Origin: an uncultured Pseudobdellovibrionaceae bacterium
Lineage (GTDB): Bacteria > Bdellovibrionota > FAC87 > UBA2466
Direction: 5' to 3'
NCBI GenBank assembly: GCA_964492125.1
Contig: CAZBJE010000009.1
Location: forward strand, 2,202 to 66,201
Length of the DNA: 64,000 bases
Position numbers and translations under genes: made by a program. Of the stretch, positions 9,006 to 17,700 are shown one piece after another. The notes beneath the pieces are model-generated. The model saw only the letters and a list, made by a program, of their open reading frames with translations. It did not search any database and was not told the origin of the DNA. Positions within the stretch are counted from its first letter, which is position 1, and each line of letters begins with the position of its first letter.

Positions 9006-10454
9006 CTAGTGTCGCCCTGCTCTGCGCCCTCGCCAAGTTTTAATGTGGGATACGATGGGGAGCGCGAAAAATCCGGATGCCGGACGCACGGTGAGCGTGC
9101 GAAACCCCACCGGCAGCCAGCGAAGTCGGTGGCTGGAGATTCCCCCCAGCAAAAAGAGTGTGGATCCGCGGGCGATAGTCGAAATCACAAACACCACGGT
9201 GAAGGCAAAGGAGTCGGCACCAAAGTAAGCGAGCAAGGTGCCACCCAACAAACTGCTCGCGCTCATGCAGGTGGCGCTGCATAAATTATAGGTCGTCATA
9301 GCGCAGGTGCGTTCTTCCGGTTTCACCAACTCCCAAATCAGGAGCAAGGAAGCCAACTCGTACGCGCCCCAAACAAAACCGGAGAGGGCTTGGATCGCCA
9401 TTAAGTAGTAATAGTTGTGCGAAAATAGCCAGAGCACGGGCAGAATCACAATCCCTGTTCCACCCAGAAGCAGAAGCGGCCGCGTGCCGCGCGCAGTGGC
9501 CATGCGCCCAAAATAGGGAATCATCAAAACTTTGGCTAAGTAAGAACACGCCACCAAAACCGCGTAGCCGGCATAGGGCAGTTTCATGTCGCCCAGCATG
9601 TAGGAAGTAAAAAACGGCGCGGCCAAATGCGCCGAGAATGTAACCGCCAGCAAGTAGGTGAAGAGCCTCCCCTGATCGTGGTTGCGGCTCAAACGATGGG
9701 CAAAGTCTTTCAAACGCAAACGGGCGTGGCTCGCCGGCGAAGGCGGAATAGGCTCACTTTGGCGCCGCAGCCAAGTAATCGAAATCAACCGGCAGCTGAA
9801 AGCGATCGCAAACACGGTAACAAAGGCCCAGCTTTTATCGAAGAAACGAGGCAATTGGTGCAACACCAAGCCGCCGATACAAAACCCGGCAAAAACCATC
9901 GACTGAGTCAAACGAGTGCGGCGAGTGAAAAAGCCGATTTGCACGGGCGGCGGAATCAGCGTTCCCATCCAGCTATTCCAAGCGCCACTCGCGCCCAATC
10001 CACCGCCCCAATAAATAGCGGCGCACGCAAAAGCTAACCAAACAGGCAAATGCCCCCAAATCGCACAGGCGATCAGCGGCAAGAAAATCGAGCCTTGCAC
10101 ACAGGCGCAGAGCACCACCCACCGTCGGTAGGATCCCAAACGCAGCACCATATACGGCGCAACGAGCTGCAACAGCGAGCCGGCTAGTAGCGGTAACGTG
10201 GTGATTAACCCAGCGGCCACATTGCCTAGCCCCATCCAAAGCATAAAGGCCGGCAAGTAGGTTTCCCCTACTCCGACCATGACGCTGAAAGCGGAACCTT
10301 CAATGAGGGAAATGCGGATATTGCCACGCAGGGCGCGTTTAACCCGCCCTGGCTTCACCAAGCGGAGCGGCTCGGGAGCCGACGTAGGATGCGGTAAATG
10401 AGGTCTTGCTGCGCTGCGTTGGTTCATGGTGACGCAGGCACGGACCTGCCTCAC
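9006..10454 (-). CDS. MFS transporter
   Basis: About 12 hydrophobic segments. The start is ambiguous between GTG 10454 and ATG 10427. Confidence 0.7.
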   Translation of the reverse strand: MRQVRACVTMNQRSAARPHLPHPTSAPEPLRLVKPGRVKRALRGNIRISLIEGSAFSVMVGVGETYLPAFMLWMGLGNVAAGLITTLPLLAGSLLQLVAPYMVLRLGSYRRWVVLCACVQGSIFLPLIACAIWGHLPVWLAFACAAIYWGGGLGASGAWNSWMGTLIPPPVQIGFFTRRTRLTQSMVFAGFCIGGLVLHQLPRFFDKSWAFVTVFAIAFSCRLISITWLRRQSEPIPPSPASHARLRLKDFAHRLSRNHDQGRLFTYLLAVTFSAHLAAPFFTSYMLGDMKLPYAGYAVLVACSYLAKVLMIPYFGRMATARGTRPLLLLGGTGIVILPVLWLFSHNYYYLMAIQALSGFVWGAYELASLLLIWELVKPEERTCAMTTYNLCSATCMSASSLLGGTLLAYFGADSFAFTVVFVISTIARGSTLFLLGGISSHRLRWLPVGFRTLTVRPASGFFALPIVSHIKTWRGRRAGRH

Positions 10455-10490
10455 CTTATCGGCGTAAAACGCGCTTTAATTGACGGCCAA

Positions 10491-11144
10491 TCAGCGCAAC
10501 GAAAAGTCGATAGGGACCAGTGCGGAGTACTGCGCAGACGCGTAACTCGGCGGAAAGGGGTCGAGCCGCGCCACTTTCTTCACCGTATCCATGGCGGCGG
10601 TATTGAGCCGTTCAAAGGCCGAAGGCGCCGCTATTTTGATGTCGGCGATGGTCCCGTCGCGCAGCACGCTGACTTTGACCGTGACCTGACCGGTTTCGCC
10701 CAGGTTCTTGGAGGCGCGCGGGTAAATCAAAGCCTCGTGGATTTTCTCGCGTAGGCGCATGCGGTAACTGTCCCATTCCGTCACCGCTTGCCCGGAGCTA
10801 GCGGCGGTTTCTCCGCCCTGCCCGACCGGACCTTGGGGCGATTGGACTTCTTCTACGGCCTGCTGCTGCTCGGCCTCTTTTTCTTTTTCGACATTCAGGT
10901 CGACCGCAGAGGCAATCGCCTTGGGCACGGGAGCCGCTTTGGCGACTTGCGGGGCCTTAGAGACCCCCGCCTGGATCATGAAATCACCCATGGCGATCTC
11001 GATCGCGTCCACCGGAAAACTAGAAGGATTGGCGGCGTGCCAGCCGACGAGCGCCCCCAGCAACAAAACCGCGTGCAACGCGGCCGATGTTGCCATCGAT
11101 GATCCCATTCCCCAATTTTGCAAAACCCGCACCGCATTTTTCAT
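10491..11144 (-). CDS. TonB-family energy transducer
   Basis: N-terminal anchor, a charged Pro/Ala/Glu linker, and a C-terminal block ALIYPRASKNLGETGQVTVKVSVLRDGTIADIKI. The ATGA start overlaps the receptor gene's stop. Confidence 0.8.
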   Translation of the reverse strand: MKNAVRVLQNWGMGSSMATSAALHAVLLLGALVGWHAANPSSFPVDAIEIAMGDFMIQAGVSKAPQVAKAAPVPKAIASAVDLNVEKEKEAEQQQAVEEVQSPQGPVGQGGETAASSGQAVTEWDSYRMRLREKIHEALIYPRASKNLGETGQVTVKVSVLRDGTIADIKIAAPSAFERLNTAAMDTVKKVARLDPFPPSYASAQYSALVPIDFSLR

Positions 11145-13237
11145 AATCGTGCCGAGACCCCAAAATAGATTTCACGCCCGCGTAGCGGGCCCCATATGTG
11201 AATGACGTCGTAATCGCCGTTCGGTTCGAAGAACAGAGCGTTTTCTACCTTTGCTTGCGTGAAATCCAGAATGTTTTTCACGCCACCGTAGATTTTGAAG
11301 TCTTTCGAACACTCCCAGGAAACTTTGGCATCCATCGTCACAAACGGAGGAGCCTGTGTCAGCTTGGGAAAAGATCCCACTCCTGCGCTATAAACGTTGA
11401 ACCGATCGTTGTAACGGTAGGGATTCAGATCGCGCCCGCCTACGAAAGTCGTAGTGAGATTGAAATCGAGTTTTCCGGTTTCGAAATCCAGAAGCAAACG
11501 CGCCCGATCTTCCACCAGAGCAAAGGGGGAAATACTTTTGTAGCCCGCGCTGTAAAAGAAATGCTCGTAGCTAGCGCCAAGGGTCAGCTCTTTAGTCAGC
11601 TGATAGCCCGCCACCGCGTCGGCCGCAAATACATCGTAGCGCCCCGGATCATTTACCAGCTGCGGCCGCGCGCCTTGCATGTTGATGTACGCAAGGTTTT
11701 GGATATTGGTCCAGGCCACGGAAACCGTCGAAGTCGTCCGTTCGTTGTCCAACGAAAGAGAATAGACCGCCGAATTGGATCGCTCAATATTGTTGACCGC
11801 GACGTCGTACCCTTTATCCAAAATCCCGTGTTCGGATTCGAAGAAAGTAAGCGGTGCGCGGTAGCCCTGCCCAACGGATAAGCGCGAAGTGAGCTCGGGA
11901 GACATAATCCAGCGCATATGCAACCGCGGGACGAGCACAAACCCGTCGACTTCGTTTTCCAGTGCGGTCTGTCCCCGCCAGTTCACCGTGAGGTGATCGA
12001 GCCGGCCCACCATGGCCATTTCAAATTTTGTATTCGGCGTCCAAGTCGCTTGGGCGTACAGACCGGCCGCCATGAAATCAAAATCATCCGGCTTGTAAGT
12101 CGCCAATTGGGAATACGTATAGCTAGAGGACCGCAAAATCTCATGCCGGGCATCTAGACCGCCGGTGAGCAACCAGGCGTCCGAAAGGGAATAATTGAGC
12201 CGTCCATCGGCGTAAAAGGTCTCGTTGAAATTGGCGTAGTCGTTGGTCTCGTAAAATGAGTCTTGGGTCTGCTTAACGGCGCTCGCAGTAAGGATGCTGT
12301 TGGTCGACTCATTGAAGCGGCGGGTCCAACGAGCGGTGCCTTCCATGCGTTGGGTATTGATTTGCTCCATGGTCGCGCCCGGCGCGCCCGTGTAGCGTTT
12401 TCTCACATCGCCGCCCTCAAATGCGACAGCGCCTGTGGGAAGAATCGACGCATAGGCGGCGTCCGATACCGGCCCTCCAAACACATCCGACCGCTGCAGA
12501 GACAGGCGCAAATCGAGATTGTCGTTGGCAGTGAGATCGTCGGAGATGCGTAAGCCCAAGGTGTAGTTGTCGAGGCGTGGGGATTCGTTCACGCCGTTAT
12601 CGTCGGAATCCCACTGGCCTTGGTGGTTGTGCTGGGCGGAAACCGTGGTGCGGCGCGTGCCGCTCTTGCTAACCGAATTACCCACCAACGAAAGCGTGCG
12701 GTACTCTCGGCTGCCACCGGACAGATCGAAGATCAGCCCGTTCTCAACCGCTTTTTGGGAAATGATATTGATCACCCCACCCAACGCACCCGGCGCCAGT
12801 AAAGAGGCACCCGCGCCCCGCGCGATTTCCACGCGCGCAATTCCAGCGGTGGTCAGCGCGTCCATACCGTAATAGGAGGAAACTGTTGAATGGATAGGAA
12901 CATCGTCGACAAGAATGGTGGTGTACTCACCACGCAAACCGTTGATTTGGATGCGCTTCATCCCGCAAATGGAACAACCCGTAGCGGCGTCGATGCCAGG
13001 CTCGTTGGCCACGGCTTCGGTGAGGGTCTTGGCTTGCTTGCGTTCGATTTTTTTGTCGTTGATGACTTCGGTCTTAATGATGGTGTCTTTGAGCTTACCG
13101 GCACGCTCGAGTTGCTCGCGCATGTCTTCCACGCGGATGGTAGGCAAGGTTTCGACGGCCTCTTCTTCCGCGGCCCAAGCCCCCGGGCTCGCCCCAAGGA
13201 TAATTCCCAGTCCCACCGCTGCTGCAATCGTTCTCAT
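11141..13237 (-). CDS. TonB-dependent outer-membrane receptor
   Basis: Signal peptide, a plug domain (IQINGLRGEYTTILVDDVPI, VEIARGAGASLLAPGALGGVINIISQ), and a barrel ending YFGVSARL. Confidence 0.9.
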   Translation of the reverse strand: MRTIAAAVGLGIILGASPGAWAAEEEAVETLPTIRVEDMREQLERAGKLKDTIIKTEVINDKKIERKQAKTLTEAVANEPGIDAATGCSICGMKRIQINGLRGEYTTILVDDVPIHSTVSSYYGMDALTTAGIARVEIARGAGASLLAPGALGGVINIISQKAVENGLIFDLSGGSREYRTLSLVGNSVSKSGTRRTTVSAQHNHQGQWDSDDNGVNESPRLDNYTLGLRISDDLTANDNLDLRLSLQRSDVFGGPVSDAAYASILPTGAVAFEGGDVRKRYTGAPGATMEQINTQRMEGTARWTRRFNESTNSILTASAVKQTQDSFYETNDYANFNETFYADGRLNYSLSDAWLLTGGLDARHEILRSSSYTYSQLATYKPDDFDFMAAGLYAQATWTPNTKFEMAMVGRLDHLTVNWRGQTALENEVDGFVLVPRLHMRWIMSPELTSRLSVGQGYRAPLTFFESEHGILDKGYDVAVNNIERSNSAVYSLSLDNERTTSTVSVAWTNIQNLAYINMQGARPQLVNDPGRYDVFAADAVAGYQLTKELTLGASYEHFFYSAGYKSISPFALVEDRARLLLDFETGKLDFNLTTTFVGGRDLNPYRYNDRFNVYSAGVGSFPKLTQAPPFVTMDAKVSWECSKDFKIYGGVKNILDFTQAKVENALFFEPNGDYDVIHIWGPLRGREIYFGVSARL

Positions 13238-13240
13238 GGT

Positions 13241-13280
13241 GACCCCTTCAATTCAGACACAATCTGAATCATACGGGGTC
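13241..13280 (-). promoter_or_regulatory. nested palindrome / leader hairpin directly upstream of the TonB-dependent receptor start codon
   Basis: The outer arms GACCCC (13241-13246) and GGGGTC (13275-13280) enclose ATTCAGA-cacaa-TCTGAAT (13251-13269). On the mRNA the 3' arm contains the GGGG of the only SD-like sequence (GAAGGGGTCACCATG). Confidence 0.45.
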
Positions 13281-13313
13281 TGAAAGTCAAGCGAACGACG
13301 CGGCGCGCTAGAT

Positions 13314-13328
13314 TGGCACCGGATTTGC
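13314..13328 (+). promoter_or_regulatory. sigma54 (RpoN) -24/-12 promoter candidate
   Basis: TGGCAC-cggat-TTGCt is a perfect match to the TGGCAC-N5-TTGC core. It lies 41 nt upstream of ATG 13369 in a divergent intergenic region. Confidence 0.5.
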
Positions 13329-13368
13329 TCAGGGTGGGCACGAGATCCCCGGTTTTTTGGAGTGCAAA

Positions 13369-14796
13369 ATGCGTTTCCGTCTCGCGTCTCTCTTCAGTTT
13401 TCTGCTTTTGGTCGGCGCCCTACCCGCGTTTGCCATAGACGCCCCCGCTTTCTCCCACCCGGATGTCTCGATTTACCAGGCCCATGGTGGAAACTTCCAA
13501 GCAAACAGCCGGAGCGATTCTTCCGGCAATTTCTTTCTGTATTACGAACCGGTGGAAATCGTGCAGCAGGTAATCGAAGAAGTCCTGACCCGAACGTCGT
13601 GGGAAGCTCGCATCGCGTGGACCCAGAAACGCGCGTTAGGCGCCGACGGTTTTGAAGCCTTATCTCCCGCTGCAAAACTAAATTACCTCCAGCTTTTGGA
13701 GGTGCACCGTTTCCCCCTCCTCGCTTGGGATGGCGCGCGGAGTTTGATTTTGCAACGCAAACGCGGAGCGCCGGAATGGCTGGACGAACACCCCCGCATG
13801 GCCCACGCGCCAGGCGCAGGGATCGACGCCACGCTGTCTTATGAGTTCCCAGAAGTGGCGGTACGCCTGCCCGCGAAGTCCGTGCGCGCGGCGTTAACTC
13901 GCGCCGAGGAAGTGATTCGCCACACCGGGCTGTCCGATACCCTATTCAGCGTGGTGTTCGATATCGATGCCGTCCGGCTCGAGTCTCAGGGCACGGCTTT
14001 GTTTTCTTATCTCCAAGAAGTGAACGACGAGCTTTTTTTGGAAGCAGCCATGCGAAGCGTGGAGAATATTGTGAACCCCGAAATTCGCCCGTGGGAAGCG
14101 GGCCACAAGGTGCGGGCTGAAGGTATTATCGCGGAGCGCTTAGCGACTCCCTATGAACACGATTTAAACGATAAATACGATCCCAGCGGCACCTACCTCG
14201 GCTTGAAATTTCTCGGCATGCACGAGGGCAAGATGCGGCTGTCGTTTGAACTGCGGGGTGTAGAGGTGGATTTAGGAGTGGATGAATTTGCGTCGAGCTA
14301 CACCACCCGCGCGAAAATGAATGATGCGCGCCGCTACTTAGATGGGGTGCATAGTTTTGCAGTCTCACTGGTGGAAGGCGTCGCCGAGGACCACCATGTT
14401 TCCAGCCGTTACCTGGATCCAACCCACGCCAAAACGCTGTTAGAAAAACACGCTCGGCTGCGCAAATTCCGATCTATCCCAAGATTAGAGACGTTCGCGC
14501 GAGTCGTGCTCGACCAAGAAAACCCCGAAGGCATCCTCTTTCCCTTCTCTCGCCCCCAAGAAACAGATAACCGTGCAGTGGACGAATACGTGACGCGACT
14601 TGTGGAATTGGTAGTGCAGACCGAAGACGCCGTCGACGACGCCGACTTACGCCGACAATTACGAGAGGATTTTTGGGAGAACTACGAAAATTTCGCCCAG
14701 GGGGAACTCATGCGCACGCGTGTGCACTCGCTTCAGTGGATGAAGGCCGCGCTCGGCCCTTCTTGTGGGTTGGAGCGGTTGGCGGTGGGGTACTAG
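13369..14796 (+). CDS. secreted hypothetical protein
   Basis: ATG at 13369 has a GGAG 6 nt upstream. Signal peptide MRFRLASLFSFLLLVGALPAFA. I recognise no domain. Its stop overlaps the stop of the convergent giant gene (CTAG). Confidence 0.6.
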   Translation: MRFRLASLFSFLLLVGALPAFAIDAPAFSHPDVSIYQAHGGNFQANSRSDSSGNFFLYYEPVEIVQQVIEEVLTRTSWEARIAWTQKRALGADGFEALSPAAKLNYLQLLEVHRFPLLAWDGARSLILQRKRGAPEWLDEHPRMAHAPGAGIDATLSYEFPEVAVRLPAKSVRAALTRAEEVIRHTGLSDTLFSVVFDIDAVRLESQGTALFSYLQEVNDELFLEAAMRSVENIVNPEIRPWEAGHKVRAEGIIAERLATPYEHDLNDKYDPSGTYLGLKFLGMHEGKMRLSFELRGVEVDLGVDEFASSYTTRAKMNDARRYLDGVHSFAVSLVEGVAEDHHVSSRYLDPTHAKTLLEKHARLRKFRSIPRLETFARVVLDQENPEGILFPFSRPQETDNRAVDEYVTRLVELVVQTEDAVDDADLRRQLREDFWENYENFAQGELMRTRVHSLQWMKAALGPSCGLERLAVGY

Positions 14797-17700
14797 TATC
14801 GGGTTCGGTTGCGCATTTCGCGGGCGAGAAGCCCCAACGAATAAGCCGGGCTTAAACCGCCAGTTTCGTTAGCAACTCGGTTGGCGACGTACGTTTTGAA
14901 GGCTTCTGGCGCCAAGCCGTAGTCCGTCGCTACGCTTTCCACAACACGGGCAATTTCGTCGTTTTTGAAATTCCGGGTTCCTGGATTGACCACGTCAACC
15001 GCCGCTACTTGGCGATGGAAATTTTCCAATGCGCCGTATTCGGTTTTGGCCCTAGTCAGAGCTTCCGCGCGCGCCGTTCCAGCGAGAACATCCGCCGTGA
15101 GTTTTTCCCGTACAATGTAATCCAAAAATGGATCGACCTCGCCCAACCGCCGTTCCAATTCAGGGGTTTTGGCCAAGGCCGCCTTGAAAAAGCCTTTGAT
15201 CTTGTCTTCCGGTACGCCTTTTTGCACTAGCTTGGTGGTGAAAATGGCCATGAAAGCTTCAGAAGAATTGGCGTGATTGAAATCCCCCAAGTTGGCTTCC
15301 TTGGCAATGAGGTCGCGCACCGTAGTCTTTACTTTATTTCCTTTTTTATCCACCGTGTCGATCAAGACGTAGTCCAACAACGGGGCCTGGATATTGACCT
15401 CGCCCGCTCGGCTGCGAGAAATTACTTCGTCTGCGATAAGTTTAGGTAGCGCATCGATAACGGCATTTTTTGGATTGGAAGACTTCTGGCTCATGTACGC
15501 GCCTTCCCCAATGCTAGCGAGAGCGGCGTAGAACGGATCTTTGATTTGAGTTCCGTTAGCAGTCGTATAAAACCCTTTGCGGTAGGTTTCCACTACCCCC
15601 TGGAGACCGTCTTGACTATGGTTGACCATGGATTTGACGAGGTAAATCGCGGCCGGCGAGACATTTGGGTTATTTTTCAGCATTCGCAGCGCCAACAAAT
15701 CATCGAACGGTGCCATGCCAGTGACGCTATCGACTCCGGAATCGCTGAGGTTTCGTAAGAAAGTTTGCAATTGAAAATTGTTTGCGAAATTTTCACCAAA
15801 CGACTTCTTATCGTCGTTAAACCCATGCTTTTTTACCATCGCAGTGGTGAACATACCCCCGACCATTTCAAAACTGTTGATGGCGGGCGCCAGCTTTAGT
15901 TTCGGCGCGGCTTTAGTGAGCAAATTGGAGAGAGGCTTGAGCACGGCGCCTTTGAAGAACATTCCCGCACCCGGCGCCAAAGCCATGGCCATCCCAGAGC
16001 TCTTGGCGTTTTCATAGATATCGGTAAAGCCACCAACCGTGTACTTCGCAATCGGCATGCCGCGAGCGACGTCGACACTATCGGGCACGCCGTTATTGTC
16101 AGTGTCGATTTCATGGCGAACACTTTCGGGAAACTCATACCACCGACCCGCGGTCATCGCTTCTTGCCAATCCGGAACGCCGTTGCGATCTTCATCGATG
16201 GCATTAGCCCTGCCCGTAGCCCGCGCTAGTCGGTAGGTGCCCATACCCGCATTCAACGGCATGGACCAAAACGAACTGGTGGCCCCCATTTTAGCCATTT
16301 TGTAGGAGCTCTGGGCGAAGTCGACGCCTTTTTTGATCCACCATACTTTGCCGGCTTGTAGACTCGCGGCGGCCAACCTGCCGTACGTATCATAGCGGTT
16401 GAGAAGTTTGAGAAGCTTGCGGTACTTCATTAATTTAGCGGCGCCCTTTAGTGCGACGATCCCCACCCCGGCCGGCCCGGCTACAATCACGATCGCCGCG
16501 GTGGCGGCCAGCTCTAGTACCGTCGACAGAATTTCGTCACTCACTATGCCGTACGTTTTGAGAATGCCTTCTAGCATATCCCGATGCTGGGTAATCATTG
16601 CTCCGTACTTGAGCGCTAGGTCTTTCCTAGCTTGGTCGGCAGCCACTTCATGGCCATCGTACTTGATTTTTGCGCTACCCAGCTCGCTGAGCTGGGTCAT
16701 GGTGGAAGCGACGTCGTTGAACATTTCGCCGATCGCGTGATCGTTGCCCGTATCACCCCGAACTGCTGCGCGCTTGGTCATCTCCCAAGCACCGCCAGAT
16801 TTTTCAATGGCTAGAGGCAAGTCACCATTGTTTGAAAGCAGGCGGCGAGCCCGATCCGCTTTGCCTTCTATCTCCGGACGTAGAGCAGCGTAGTCCTTGA
16901 AAACGTAGTGGGTCGTCTTTTCGTGCCCATTGAGATCCGTGGGCTGATTTTGGTAGCCCGAGCCCTCTCGTCGGGTAACGAGCGTGTTGGGCCCCAGCGC
17001 CGCGGTGTCGCGCTGGTAGCTAGTTTCTATGAACGCATTGTGTACTTTCTGGTGAAGTTCGTCCTCACCCATCGACCCGGCTTGGGCATTTGGGTTAAGG
17101 GCGTGAGTCTGCGCGGAAATCAGGCCGTAGTAGTCATTGAGCATTCCCATGAACTGCGAGCGTGTGAATTTTTGACCCGGCTTAAGTTTTTCATCGTCGG
17201 ATACTTTATGAAGTTGGGCAGCATCCCACTTCCAGAGATCTCCAACTGATTCGCCTGTCGGAGTCATTCCAATTTCCTTGAGGTCCGATTCGATCTTTTT
17301 CTTTTTCTGCGCGATATCGACCGATTCGCCAGCCGCTTGGGCAACCAGCTGCATGAAGGCACTCCAAGCCTTTTCCTTTGTCATCTTATGAGCCGCCGTG
17401 CCGGAACTCATCCTAAAGACCCAGTCTTGGGCCATTTTCAGGCCACCTACACGCCGCAACCACGCCTCGCGCTCTTTCGGCGATTGCTTCATTCTAGCGA
17501 AATCCATTTTTTCTGGATGTGCATTCGGGTTGCTTACCAACCCGTCGGCAATCGAACGGCCCCACTGCAAATCACGGCGCAAAGTGAATTGATGATAAAG
17601 CGCTCCGTTCGCCTCGGCTTCCGTCTTTGGTTGCTTGTCCTCGGGACAGTTTTTCCCAATACCGCCCTGGAGCGTCGCAACCAACTGATCAGCTTTCAGG

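Noticed and set aside
13241-13280. Fur box in the TonB-dependent receptor leader, and likewise in the AT-rich core of the giant-gene leaders.
   Set aside because: Neither aligns acceptably with GATAATGATAATCATTATC without indels. The receptor palindrome is GC-flanked and has a different half-site.
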